DNA of 51,727 nt from Basidiobolus meristosporus CBS 931.73 (GCA_002104905.1 MCFE01000627.1:1-51727); one strand, 5' to 3'. Counted from the stretch's first letter, positions 10,851 through 24,202 are shown. A program made the numbers and translations. The notes: a model not told the origin generated them from the sequence alone.

Positions 10851-13250
10851 CCCTATGAGAGATTGTCATGATGATCCCACCAAAAGGCCTTCATAAGTTT
10901 AAAGTCCCATGACAAAGAGGTACTGACCCCATCAGGACACTGTGCAGAGACTGTTGAAAAATAATTGCATCACAGATTTCACAAAAAACATAGTCAAAAG
11001 TATTCATTATAACAATATATTAGTGGCTTTTGATTGGTTCCCTGCCAATTTGCTCACTCTCTGATCCCACACACTTGATCACCTCCTATGTTTGTGTACA
11101 TTGACTGGCTATTGCATCTTTTCACACTCCTTACTTTGCAATGCAGCTATTTCTCTTACTTTTTATGCCTATGAATTGATTTATTTCCATTAAAACATCA
11201 GTTGTACCTCAGTTGCCACTTGTATTGACCTATACAAGTCCCTATACCCTACAGTTGAATTAAGCCCAACACCACACTCAACAAGTATTGCCATTAAAAT
11301 CCACCACTCAATTAGCACTAACTAACTACATTTTCACCTTGATAAATTCTGCTCTGATGCATCTGATTTAGCCTGCTTGTCCCTTGCTAGTACTCCTCTG
11401 GCAACTTGACATTGCTTTACAGCTTGTTTTAAGCTCTCAACTGTATTTGTGACAAGCTCCTGAGAAAGCTGCTGGCTTTTATTGCTGCCAGGTCCTCACT
11501 GCCACTTTGACTCAGTGCTTCTTGAGTGGTACTATGCTTTTTCCTTGATAAATATAGTGCTGGTGCATCTATGTCTGCCTGCTGGTCCCTAATTGGCACT
11601 CTTCCAGCTACCTGACATCTCTGTGATACCTATTTGGAGCTTTTGGCCCTGCTTGTAACTAGCTCTTGAGGAAGCTGCTGGTTTTCAGCCATGGCAACCA
11701 GAATTCTTCAGCCTTGGTTAGTTTCTGCTATTCTTAAGATACTTTCTTAGCATACCAATGCTTGCCTAATATCTGCTTACCCATTTGAATTCAGGATAAT
11801 GCTCATGGAGCAAGTCAAGCACATTCTGCTTGGCCTTAAGCTCCTGATGTTCCCACGGTTTGATGACCTTTGGGCTGTATTTTTTTGCAGCATATATGTG
11901 AAAGTGAGTTGATAATGAGGAAACAGTGTTACATATACATGAGTATATGGTTCCGCAATTTCAATTATAATGCTTACTATGGTGGGACACAATTGAATCT
12001 TACATTCATGTAGGTGCAATGTGTCAAATACAATACTGTCTAAAATTAACATGAATATTGACCAAAAAGTGATATAATAGCACAACACTGCTGAAGGTCA
12101 AACTGTGTGCCCCACAGACAAGACTACTTTGACTCAATGCTGTAAGAGAAGAGAAAAAAGACTCAGTAGCTATTGTAGCAAGTCTCTCAGTTGTGATGCA
12201 CCCAGGCAGCATACAAAGTACTACAAGGATCATAGCCAGTGTTTTACCACACATGTCATATTTGACTGTTCATCAGTCACTGCTGTACCAAGATTATCTT
12301 GCTAGCCAGTTGATACATCTATGTTGGCACCTGGCCATTTTTGTAACCTTGTGCAAGCTGAGTTAGGTGAGTGTGTGACACCTTTAGGCTCACCGCAGCC
12401 TTCTGAATATGGCATGCTGAGTGACAACTCTGATAAAAAAGGCTCACTGATGGATTGTGAGCCTATCTCCCCTAACAACACTACCACGCATGAGCCCAGT
12501 CAAATCCTAATATTCAATGAGACAGTACCTGATGAAACAAATGCCAAGGATACTTTATGGAGCCAAGTGAGCTCAGTAATCTATCTACTAGTGAATGATG
12601 TAATGTTGTGGCTTGAGAAGTGGTGCATTCTCACTAATATCAGTAATAGGGGCTTTGAGGATTCATTACTACTTCTTGCCATTATTATTCCAGGTTGCAA
12701 CTTGCCATGCTCAAGGTACAAATAGACAGCCATTGTGCAGCTGGCAACATATGACCCAGAGACTGTCCTGATTCCAGCATTGGTCAACAGTTGCATGGGA
12801 TGCACATTCAGAAATGCCACTATTGCAACATAAATGCAGGTTTGGTGCATCTGTCTTTGCCCACTTGTCTTTACCATAATCTTCCAGTTATCTTACAGGC
12901 TGACATTTCTTTGTGGTTTGTTAGGAGCATTAAACCCTGCTTGTGATGGGCTTTGGAGGAAGCTGCTAGTTTTCCACTGTGTCAGCCTTGTTTCTCTGCC
13001 TTTGATAGTTTTACTATTTTTGGGATTTTTTTCAGTATACCAATACTTGCCTTAAGTTTTTGTGCAGTTTGAAAATGCAATAATGCTCATGGCAAAGGTA
13101 TAGAGCATTTTGCTTGGTCTTGAGTTCTAGATGGTGTGGTATTGTGCTGGCTTAAAGATAATGGTGTGCCAGATGTCTGACCACCTTGCAAATGTTAGCC
13201 TACTTGGCTTCATCTCACCCAATTGCATCGCATATCTTCAATATCTTTAG
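10851..13250. mobile_element. CACTA-like remnant, copy 2 (internally deleted and rearranged)
   Basis: Starts CCCTATGAGA; collinear blocks with copy 1; ORF 12321..12725 and the following sequence are homologous to the transposase fragment 7096..7878. Confidence 0.75.
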
Positions 13251-13257
13251 GTTCTTG

Positions 13258-13900
13258 TGTTACCATATTCAGAGGATTACTAGAAGTGATGTGGAGAACT
13301 AGAGTATTTACATATTAATGAACTATTTATTTATTGATCAAAAGTATAGTGGTTATACTTTTGATGAAATAGTGCAAATATGAATGAAGAGTTTGCTACA
13401 GAAGGTCCCAAGAATATGCATGCAACATTTGGGGGCTTTTGGACAACTTTAAGAAAGATCATAATCCAGGTACCTGATAATTTGGTGAAAACATTCAAAG
13501 CAAATCCTAACAAGAAGTTTGGTAATGACAGAATACTGATCAAAGAATAAGATTCATGTGACCAAGTTAGCATGGATATTGATGTGATAACTACTAATTG
13601 CAGCACTCCAACTTAACAAAATATTCACAAGTAATAAATACATATTGAGGGTGTGCAATCTGTAAAAAGCATGTACAATGTATCTAAGAGGCATACTGAA
13701 CTAATATAAAATTCAACATTACATGCATTTGTGTTCAACTTGATTGAGGAAGCAACTTATAATTTAATGTGCACATCTACCAAATAGTATGCCTAAAAAT
13801 CTATTTCAGTAACTAATCATTAGCTTTGATGAGCTGAACAGGTGTGTATAACAAGCTAAGTATGATTGCATCAATAATATATAGCATCTGAGCTCTCCAA
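13258..13900 (-). mobile_element. 3' LTR (13258-13605, 348 bp) with a PPT-like tract and decayed 3' interior of a C3-like copia
   Basis: TG..CA ends and LTR blocks shared with the C2/C3 LTRs. The minus strand reads gaatattttgttaagttggag directly before the LTR, like C3 gaatatattatgtgagtgggag. Confidence 0.55.
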
Positions 13901-14053
13901 TGCTTCTTATTTATCAATAAAAGTACTAAGGCATTGTTTGCGGATGATTTTTGCCACATAATGATGGGATACATGGCAATTGATGGAGATTTAACCATGA
14001 TGTATTAAAAATCAGATAAATAATGCGGATTGCGCCAAATGAATTCAAACCAC

Positions 14054-14856
14054 TGTGGTAGGGTAAACATACCTCCCACAGACAAGTTTATTCATATAGT
14101 CATTATGATATACTTATCCATATTTTATCTTATCAGTATTATCCCATTCTTCTTTTGCCCATATTATCAGTATTATCCCCATATGATGTTTACCCTGATT
14201 AGTTATTAGCATTAGTTATCCCAGATGTTATTCAGCTTTGTGATCAGTATATGTATCTATATATGGCAAGTACCCGCGTCAGTACCCGTGACACATGACC
14301 TAGGTCTGTGTTACCATCTCTACCATTTCAATACTATATATGGTATTTCTATGTTGCACAGGTTTCAGACTACTGATTCCTGATTGGTTGAGAGTGCTGT
14401 GCCTTTTAGAACCTTCCAGGACATTCTTGGCATATTTTTAGCTCATAGTGATGTCATCAAGAATTCCACTGATACCTAGAATCTTCTAGAACCTTGTCAT
14501 TAGTAATCACTTGGCAATCAGGAAAGTATTTAAGGGAAAGCAATCCCTCATCAATAAATCATCCCTTCTATCAGTAACACTTCTACCTTATTGATTAGCA
14601 GTTGATCACTGCACCTGCCTTCAACAGTACATCTCAGACCTGCCATCAAGGAGCTTTTCAGGGTAGTGCACAAGACACACAGAGGCCTTTGGAGACACTT
14701 GGAGCACCTAGGAGGCTAGAGAAGCAGGAGCTTTTACCATAGAGACATACTGACAAAGACACCAGCAGTTTAGACCCAGAGGTTATTGCACCCATCAGAC
14801 ACCTCACACACCTTGAGTTGTGTAGCTTCTCCCAGGAGTACCTCTACACCACCACA
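14054..14856 (+). mobile_element. Solo LTR, family X (~803 bp)
   Basis: The start TGTGGTAGGGTAAACATACCTCCCACAGACAAG recurs at 47592. The end TACACCACCACA is an 11/12 inverted match to TGTGGTGGGGTA, with flanks CCAC/CCGC. An alternative end at 14848 gives a perfect CCAC TSD but a poorer inverted end. Confidence 0.75.
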
Positions 14857-14888
14857 CCGCCTCCATACAATCATCCACCAATCTTAAT

Positions 14889-15773
14889 ATGACTTACTCA
14901 TCTGAATGGTCTTTTCTCATCAATCCCATCACTACCACTGGATTTCCTTTTGACACACTAGAGGAGATCTATTACAAGTACTGTGGACCATCAACCCCAA
15001 TCTACTCAAGGAGATCTCTTGTCAAGCTTCTCTGCTATTGCAAGAACTATTGCCCTACAAGGTTTCATCCCACCATCCATGGCAACAAAAGTCCTAGAAG
15101 CTATCATTCCCAGCTGACAGCAATGGAGAACCACCTTGCAGAGGGTATGAATGACTTAGAGCAAGCTTGGAATACTAGGTTCAGAAGCTCCAATAGACTT
15201 CCATAGCCCAGAGTGTTCAGCAACAGGTTCCATATCAGGAGTATTTTGGATACCTTCCCAGTGAGGATTAACAGACCTTCTAGAGGGCAGAGGCACTTTT
15301 ATTCTGGCAAGTACAAGGCACACTGTGTGAAGTTTCAAGCACTGTCTGACATTGAGGGCAACATCATCTGGTTTAGTGGGTCATTTGCTGGAAGTAGGCA
15401 TGACAAAGCACTCTGGGTAGAGAACCATCCTGAATTCAGTAGAGGGGAGAAATGTATGGCAGACTTAGACTATATAGGAGAGGATTGTCAGAGATTAGGA
15501 TGTATTACAGCTTATAGGAAGCCAAGGAATGGTGTGCTTAGCAGGAAGCAGAAGCTCTACAATGAGATATTTAATCATTTCAGAGTGAGGGTAGAGCACA
15601 CATTTGAGTATCTGAAGAGATTCAGCATATTGGCAGGTAAATACAGAGGAAAGTCATATATAGGAGAAAACAGCAGAATAGGTAAAATAGTTAAGATACT
15701 TATTAATGCACAGTATGCTCATACAAGAAGACATGCACTGAGAGAAATGTGTCTGGAGCATTATGAAGAGTAA
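14889..15773 (+). pseudogene. DDE_Tnp_4-type (IS5/ISL2/PIF-Harbinger-like) transposase, ~294 codons with one in-frame TAG
   Basis: ORFs 14889..15206 and 15213..15773 are in the same frame. Motifs: ILDTFP, FYSGKYKAH.VKFQ, G.IIW.SG..AGSRHD, MADLDYIG (DxGY variant), RKP...L...QK.YN......RVRVEH, LKRF.IL..KYR. Confidence 0.85.
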
Positions 15774-15928
15774 ATAAAGCAAGGAAAGCACTTTTCTGAG
15801 CAACATAAGTAAGATTGAGTAAAATTACCTGTAACTGTATCATACCACTGGCATCATGGTAGAAATTATAGTGCCAGATGGTGCCGTAGAGTTCCAGATT
15901 GATCCGGCACCATAAACAGGCTGGCACT

Positions 15929-15957
15929 ATGTGGCACTATCCAACGGAACAAGTCTA
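15929..15957 (+). repeat. Putative terminal inverted repeat of the DDE transposon
   Basis: ATGTGGCACTATCCAACGGAACAAGTCTA, 28/29 identical to 29139-29167; TGGCAC subterminal repeats precede both copies; it abuts the truncated Gypsy A LTR. Confidence 0.6.
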
Positions 15958-18900
15958 ATATGTGTATTCCTGTCTCATAAGGATCTGCTGATTCATTTGC
16001 TGACTAATGCTACTGATTTGAAAGATAATACTGATATACTGATAAGCTAAACATATAGCTAATTGATTTGATTAAGAACCTATCTGACTTAAACATTCAT
16101 GCGGCAGATCATAACATTTTCCCCTACTAAAGTTGAGTGGGCTCTCTTGAATCTCCTTTCTTGTGATACCAATATCTTGATGGTTCAGTATTATCAGCAA
16201 GTCTTGCAAGCCTGAGTATGTCCCTATGTACTAAGTCTTCCCGGATATCCTTGTTTGTCCACTAGTTGGTAAGTTGCAAATGAACACTCAGATGATCTTG
16301 AATGGTCCTGTCCATTGTGGCTCAAGCTTCTTCCAGGTGTAGTTTCTTAGAAATACAGAGCTCCCAACTGTCAATGCATCTGGTGCTTTAATTTTATCTA
16401 ATCTGTGCTTGATCTTTTCTGCACTTTGAGATACTTTGGTGTGCCTCTTGACATCTTTGTTCCAGTTGCTGGTGTCTACTTGGCTGACTGAGTTCTTCTT
16501 CTAAGGTGTCAGTAAGATTTGGTTGTGTGAGATCCCCTGGAATCCTTGGTTCACATCCATACTCTAAGTAAAATGGTGATTGCTGGGTGGTGTTGTGTAC
16601 TCTGACTCTGCATGCAAAGAGTGCTTGGTCTATATACTCATCCCATCTACTGACAACTCCATTTGCATACTTGGTCAGCATTTTTCCAAATAATCCATTA
16701 AACCGCTCAGTGACTCCATTAGTTCTGGGGTGATATGCCAAGGTTTTCAAGTGTCTGATCTGCTACATTTCCAGGTAAGCCTCTAATGTCTTTGCCATAA
16801 AGTTTGCTCCTCTATCAGATAAGATCTCCACAGGGCATCCAAACTTCATCAGGATCCCATGGTAAATGAAACTTGCAACTTCTTGTTCACTGGCTATTGG
16901 TACAGCTTTAGCAACTGGCCATTTAGTGGCATGGTCAATTGCTACTAGGATCCAACCGTTGCATTTGCTGGTGGTTGGCAGTTGTCCAATAAAGTCAATT
17001 CCCCATCTCTCAAATGGTCTTACAGGCTTCAAAGGGAAGAGTTTGGCAATTCTGTGGCTGACCTTGATTGATTTGGCAGTTTGGGCATGTTTTCACTAGC
17101 TTCTCAATATCTGGTTTCATTCTGGGCCACCATGCTCTGGCTTTCACAAGGCTATAGGTTCCTTCAATCCCAAGATGTCTATATCCATTGTGTAGCTTAT
17201 GTATTAAATCCAGGCAAGAAACATAAGGGCAATAGGCAATAGGGCTTCCATCAACAATTTGGTAGAGTGTTTCATCCTGTACAACAAATTTGCTGGTTTC
17301 ATCCAGGATTATCTTCATTATCTCTTCATCCACCTCATTAGGAATGGCTTGGTCCTCCAAGTACTTTAGTAATAGGCTAGGCCAATCTGATTCATGCACC
17401 AAGTTGAGTTGTGTAATGTGTTCTAATCTTGATAAGGCATCAGCAACCATGCTGTTTTTTCCAGGGCAGTAGATAATTCTCCAAATCCAATAGCCGAATG
17501 TATTCACTTCATCTTGTCATTCTTCTAGAGAGTACCGTCTGAGTAAATATATGCTTGATAGAGGCATGATCAGTCTTCACAGTGCATTTGACTCCTTCAG
17601 TATTGCATCTCCACAACTTCAAACAGTGTATTATAGCAAGCATCTCCTTCTCATGCACTGGATAGTTTTGTTCTGCTGAGTTCAGTGTCTTGGATTCAAA
17701 GGCAATGGGGTGGTCCTTTCCCTTGTGTTCTTGGCTTAACACTCCATCAATTGCATAATCTTAAGCATCTGTGCACAGAGTAAACTCTTTTTTGAAGCCA
17801 GGTATTCTTAAGCTTGGTAGCTTAGCAAGTTCATTCTTGAGCATCTGGAAGGTAGCCTCACAAGCTATGTCCCACTTGTAGATATTGTCTTTCTTGAGCA
17901 TCTGGAAGGCAGCCTCACAAGCTATGTCCCACTTGTAGGCATTGTCTTTCTTGAGGATATCAGTTAAAGGGACTACAATACTTGCAAAGGACTTGACAAA
18001 TCTCTGATAGTAGGAAACCCTTCCAAGGAATGATCTGGGCCATGATATGCTATGGGGCTGCTTTAGATTCTTGATAACTTCAACCTTCTTAGGGTCTAAG
18101 GTTACTCCTGTGCTAGTAACTATGTGTCCCTGATATTCAACATGTTCCTTGAAGAATTCACACTTGGGTACCTTGCCATAAAGCTTGTTCTCTGTTAGCT
18201 TCTTCAAGACCTTTTCAATGTGCACTAAGTGATCCTCTTCTGTCTTGCTGTATATCAATATATCATCTAGGTAGATTATCGCAAACTTGTCTAAGTACTC
18301 CTGGAAGACAGTCTGCATCAGGGTCATGAATGGTGCAGGGGCATTGGTGAGGCCAAAACTCATGACTAAGTACTTGTAATGTCCATATCTGGTCCTGAAT
18401 GCTGTCTTATGGATGTCTTCTGGCTTCACCCTAATCTGCTTGTATCCGGACATGAGGTCAATCTTGCTGAAAAGAGTGGCTCCATTGAATTGCTCTAAAA
18501 GCTGATCAATCCAAGGTATGGGGTACTTATTCTTCACAGTAACTGAGGTGAGGGCTCTGTAGTCAATGCCCATCTAAAGTGTTCCATCCTTTTTCTTCAC
18601 AAAAAGTACTGGTGCTCCCCAATGTGACTTGCTGGGTCTGATATATCCTTACTCCAGCAACTGATCTATTTGTCTCTTCATCTCATCCAACTCAAATGGA
18701 CTCATTCTGTAAGGTGTCTTACACAGTGGAGGGCTATCTCCTGTTTCAATGGCATGATCCACATATCTGACTGGTTGTAGGCTTACAAGCACATCTGGAA
18801 ATACATCTGAATATTGCTTCAAAAGAGTCTGGACCTTTTGGGGTACTGGCATAGAGGAATCCTCCTGTAATACTGCCATGAGGAACATTGGGGTGCCTTT

Positions 18901-20682
18901 TGTTAGTGCTCTACAAAACTGTGTCTTGCTAAGTTCACTTGTTTCACATATACTGGAATTGACCAAGTTAAAATCCAGTCTGGTGGGTATTAGCTCCTAG
19001 GTCTTGTTGTCCTTCTGGATCTGAGTAGCATGAGTTCTCTGGTTGATTGATGGATTATGGCAAAATAGTCAGGTTTTCCCAAGTACAAGGTCAAACTTGC
19101 AGTTCCCAAATTTATAGGCCTATAGATCATCTTCATAGTCATTGATCTTCATCCTCACTGCCTGAGTAATATGGTTGGTTATGTCAGAGTTCCCATCAGC
19201 TGTTGAGACTGAAGTTCATTTGGTGGGCTCCAAGTTGATTCCAGCTTTGAAAGCAAATTGCTCTGACATGTACTCATGCAATGCTCCTGAGTCAATCATG
19301 ATCTTTGCAGGTACTTCATTGATTACTCCATTCAAGTATAATAGCTTTCCTGAGTTTGAGGTCATCAGGGATAGGTATTCTTCTGTAATATGGAAGGTGA
19401 GTTCTGAGTCTTCTTCAAGTTCATCCTCCATGTTACTATGCTCCAGTGCCTGAATATGGTCAAAGGTTCTTGATGGCTGGTGTCCATTTCCGCTCCAAGG
19501 GCAGTACTTTGCAATATGCCCCTGCTTGTGGCAATTGAAGCAAAGCCCTTTCTTCTTACATTCTTCTGAGGTAGGGTTCTTCTCCATAGCATCTATTTCC
19601 ATTGGCACTGCTTCTGATTTTCTTCTTTCAAAGTGATTGTAGCCTCTCTGATTAGTCATTGTGGGATTTCCAATTGCAAACATAGCTGAGTGATAGTCAA
19701 TGGCAATCTGGATGGCTTCTTCAATAGTCTGAGGTCTTTGATAATTCACTTCCTGCCAAGTTCCTTCTTTCAACCCACCAGTAAAGTATTCAACTTGATG
19801 CAGAGGACCATTACTTTCTGTCTGAATGTCTTCAACTTTCTTCTTAGTGGTATCTGTTGGTGTGGGGGCTCAAAGGCAACCTGAATTTCTGACACAAACT
19901 CATCCCTGGTAGAGATTGTAGAGCATCCCATCATGGTGGCTGGCCTGATCTTGTTGTAGTACCACTGCAAAGCTGCATCTGTCAGGTACGAGAATGCATA
20001 ATGTACCTTGCTTTTTGGAGCAATTCCCTTGGCCTTGAAAGCTTCTTCAATCTGGAGGTGCCAAGTTCCCAGGTTTTCATTGACTCTATCATGGTACTGG
20101 TTGACCTTTGCATTAAAGTTGCACTTGACAGGGTTTTGCTGGCTTTGGGCCATGGTAGTCATTTCTTGTTACTACTGGCTAAGGATCTGGAGTAACTGTT
20201 ACTGCTGAGCCAGGATTTGTTGCATAGCATTCTTGCATCCTTGATTTTTGGACATCTTGAGGGAGGCTTCTTATTTCTTCAGGAGGGATGTTTCTTGTTA
20301 TTGCTGCTACCAATGTTACAAGTCTTGGTACAAGAGTTGTAGAGGAACAGGGAGTTTAGCTAGTATTGTATTGACTAAAACTTGAACTGATCTCTATTGA
20401 GGTTCCAGCAGCTCCTTATATACATTTTGCTAGATCAATTGCTGACTAATTGTATTTCCTAATGTAGGCAGTGGCAGATGACTCATTTGATTGCATCATC
20501 ATCACCCAATATGATCATACTAAATGTATCTATTCCTGTCTGATAAGGATCTGCTGATTCATTTGCTGACTGATGCTACTGATTTGATAGATAATACTGA
20601 TATACTGATATACTAAACATATAGCAAATTGATTTGACTAAAAACTTATCTAACCTGAACATTCACGCAGCAGGTCATAATA
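15955..20682 (-). mobile_element. Ty3/Gypsy LTR retrotransposon, copy A (5' LTR 20314-20682; truncated 3' LTR ~15955-16116)
   Basis: PBS TGGTAGCAGC next to the 5' LTR, PPT next to the 3' LTR, and gag, zinc knuckle, protease, RT, RNase H and integrase fragments in Gypsy order. Confidence 0.95.
16127..20255 (-). pseudogene. Gypsy A gag-pol, multiply frameshifted
   Basis: ORF pieces contain [58 protein letters not shown] and YHPRTNG. Confidence 0.93.
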
Positions 20683-20738
20683 TTTGTATCAACCCTATAG
20701 TTCAGGGCTGAATATTTGACTTTGTATTACATTGTTGG

Positions 20739-23240
20739 CGTTGTAGAGATTTGTAATTCCACCTAAATATTCACCTAACTTTGTCACCTAAATCATGACC
20801 TACAAATATTTGAGAATACTGACCAAATACCTTGTTGGGACTTTGAATATTTTCACCTAGATATAAGGTACCCAGAATGTGAAAGTTCTCATAGTTGCTC
20901 AAGTAGCCTCAAACTTTGCCCACATGTTCTTGTGACCTTTGTAAACCTATTCTACAGGTCTGTTATGCCAATACCATGTAAAATTATAAATACTACTTAG
21001 CATTCAATAGATCAATAAGTGGAAGCCATCTAATCAACTTGTCCTCCCAATCACTTCCAATATCTCCAAGACTCTTAAAACAGATTATGAGCTCAAAGCT
21101 GTCACCCTCTGCAATGTCTTTGACTACAGCTACTAGAATTTTTCCCTAAGCTGAAAGCTGGAGAGATCTAACTACCAAACGCAGAAGGTAAAGATGAAGA
21201 TGCACCTACAAGAAGGGGTTGCTTGGGATATGGTTATTAGAGAAGAATGCCCTCCTAAAAGTGTAGTAGAGGAAGCCTTGAAGTGCCAGAAGAAAGAGCA
21301 GAGTGCCATTAGCTATACTTGCTTTAATGTCAGAGATAAGTTGCCAATTCCATGCTCAAGAGCAACAACAGCAAAAAATATCTGGAAGGTATTGGCAGAC
21401 ACCTACTAGCTGTGTTCAGCTTCTAATAAAATATATCTGAGCCAGATATTCCTTACCACAGAGATGCTGCCAGAAGAAGAAATAAAGAATGTAATTCACA
21501 GAATCACCCTGCTGGCTGATGAGATGGAGTCTATGGGCAAACCAAATACTGGTGAGGATGTGATAGTTACCATTGGGTATAGCCTGAAATAGAAGCCCCA
21601 GGGTCTTGTATTAGCCCTGGAATCCTGAATAGAAGATTTGACCCCATATTTCAAATATGGAAGACTCTCAGATACAGAATTATGAAAATTAAGTATCAAC
21701 AAGTGGGAAGAAGAAAGCTCTTTGATAAGCAATGATAACCAACATCAGAGATACCCAATACCTTCCAAAGGTAATACCAACATGTTTTGCAACTACTACA
21801 AATGGAACAAACACTCATCAGACCTGTGCATCAAGATGTTAGATTGTCAGCAAAAAAACCTTGAGTATGGAAATGTTGCCACAACAGAAGATAGACTATT
21901 CATATCTGCACAAAATATAGCCACTAATATGGATCCTCAGATGGGGTATACTGATTATGGAACATCTCAACCCTTACACACCAGAAAGCTCTTTTTACCC
22001 AATATCAAGAAATTCCATTTGAGGGGGTATTCATGGGTGACTATATGGCACTTGAGGCAATGGGAGAAGGAACTATGCAAGTTCACCTTAGAAGTAGTGA
22101 AGGAAGCCATAAACTGACCTTTAAAGAAGTGCTGTATGTACTAGAAATAGCCCAGAGCCTACTGTTGTGCATCATCAAATCAAACTAGCCTATTTTACTC
22201 CGTTAGAAAATCTAGTACCCAACTGATTTCCCCAACCCAAACATAACTAAACCTAGTTATGGTTTATTTTATTACTTCCCTGAATCTATTCTTAGCTGTC
22301 ACACCTGATCAGTGTTCATGTGGTCATTATGTCCTCAACTGATCTGCTAAGCCTTTTCAAGTGATTAGTCATCTGAGACCTATCCAACCACTTAGCAGCT
22401 GCCAAGACATCAGCTGATTAATGATGCAATTTCTCAAACATCTTATGCACTTACAAACACCCCAACAGATTTCAATTAGTCCAGTCTCTTGGTACTTACT
22501 AATTCAATTAGAGCAGAAAACAATAATTAAAGTTTACTGAACCTTTTAATTTAGTGTGTGTCTCAACAAAGTTAGGATTGTGCCTCAGCAAGAGAAAGAG
22601 TTCAACAATTCTGTTTCAGCTTCTACCCAAGCCTAGCCTGCATAGCAAACCAACTCTGTTGCCTTCATAGCCTAACTCAGCTCTATACAAAACCAATGTT
22701 AGAACAAAACTTCTCTGCTACTATTTCTGTCACTTTAACAGCTCCGGGATTCTGCGCTTAGTTGTCACTTAGATTCAGTTAACTTATTCAAAAGCTTATT
22801 AGACTTTACTCTTGGATATAACACCTACTATCTGTAAGTAAGGCCACTGCAGAACAACTCAGTTTTGGCTTTGACAACTCTAGAAGCAGGATCACCATTC
22901 AAAATGGTGCCCATATTGCATTGGGTATAAGAGATCAGAATATGTACAAGTTGCCTTATATTCTATGATACTTAGAAGCCAATATAAGTAACTTAAATGA
23001 AGAAAAACAAATGCATGGGCAAATGAGATTGGGACACATCAATTTTGATTATATGCACAAAACAATCAAAGATCAGCAAATTTTTGAGTAAAAACCGCTC
23101 CCTCAGCTAATTTGAAGCACTGGGAAGTCTGCATACATGGGAAAAAGCCAGAGAAGCACTCAAGAGCACTGCATCAGTCAAAACTAAGAAAAAAGTATAT
23201 CTAATTTGCTGAGATTTGTGTGGATATATGCAAAACCCTA
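20739..23240 (+). mobile_element. Decayed, 3'-truncated C2-family copia (LTR 20739-21082, degenerate PBS gattatgagctc, gag to pre-integrase)
   Basis: Collinear with C2 47645-49480; ORF remnants 21194..21409 and 21722..22117 match C2 gag. Confidence 0.8.
22163..22823. mobile_element. Solo LTR, family Z (661 bp), inside the copia protease region
   Basis: TGTTG...TAACA; perfect 5-bp TSD CCTAC; removing it restores the sequence equivalent to C2 gaacctactctctgtagg. Confidence 0.85.
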
Positions 23241-24202
23241 TGAAAATAACTTGGTCCTGCAGGGGGATCCCATCCTCATTAGCCTCCAGAATCCTGTTTG
23301 GAGACTATCATAATACCAGCAGCTTGGAATTAGTGACCTTCCTAACAATCTTATGATAGGATCATTACAGCATTTTTGCTGGTTTTACTGCTAATTAAAG
23401 TTATAAAACTTGATGGGGCTTAATTGGTGCTGTGGCAATAATTGCACGGCATTGTTGCAGTCTTGATGCACTCTACATCTATTTAAGTGGATCTGACTGG
23501 CCAGTACATTCAATTGCCTTATATGGTAAAAACCTCACAGTGTTTTGATGGCCTCATTGCAACTTTCTGATGGCATTACAATGGCAGTATGGTGGCCTAC
23601 AGCTAGTTCTATATAATTCTACTGTACCAATTTACCAAGTGGTAAATCCTTTTTCCACCTGCCATTGTGCAATTCATATATTTCCCTGTAGAGTGACCCT
23701 TCTTTGTTTGCATACCCACCACTACCTTGGGTAATCCACATAGAGTTTGAATAAGAAAACTATGGCCTCCTGCTCACTAACCTCAACAAATTCACACACC
23801 TGCTTCAATTCACATACTTCTGCTATCTCAACTCTGTTATAAGTCTAGGTATAAGAGTTGTAGAGGAATAGGGAGTTTAGCTAGTATTGTATTCACTCAA
23901 ACTTGAACTGATTTTTATTGAGGTTCCAGCAGCTCCTTATATACATTTTGCCAGATCAATTGCTGACTAATTGTATTTCCTAATGTAGGTTGTGGCTGAT
24001 GACTCATTTGATTGCATCATCATCTCCCAATAAGATCCTACTTAATATATCTATTTCTGTCTGATAAGGATCTGCTGATTCATTTGCTGACTAATGCTAC
24101 TGATTTCATAGATAATACTGATATACTGATAACCTAAATATATACTAATTGATTTGACTAAAAACTGATCTAACTTAAACATTCAAGCGGCAGATCATAA
24201 CA

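Noticed and set aside
13929-13965. Left TIR of the DDE transposon (ttgtt…ggat…tgccacataatg)
   Set aside because: Similarity to the right end needs several gaps; too weak to call.
23600-23830. MADF/Myb-like partner gene on the minus strand (EQEAIVFLFKLYVDYPR)
   Set aside because: Short, interrupted by stops and lacking convincing conserved tryptophans.
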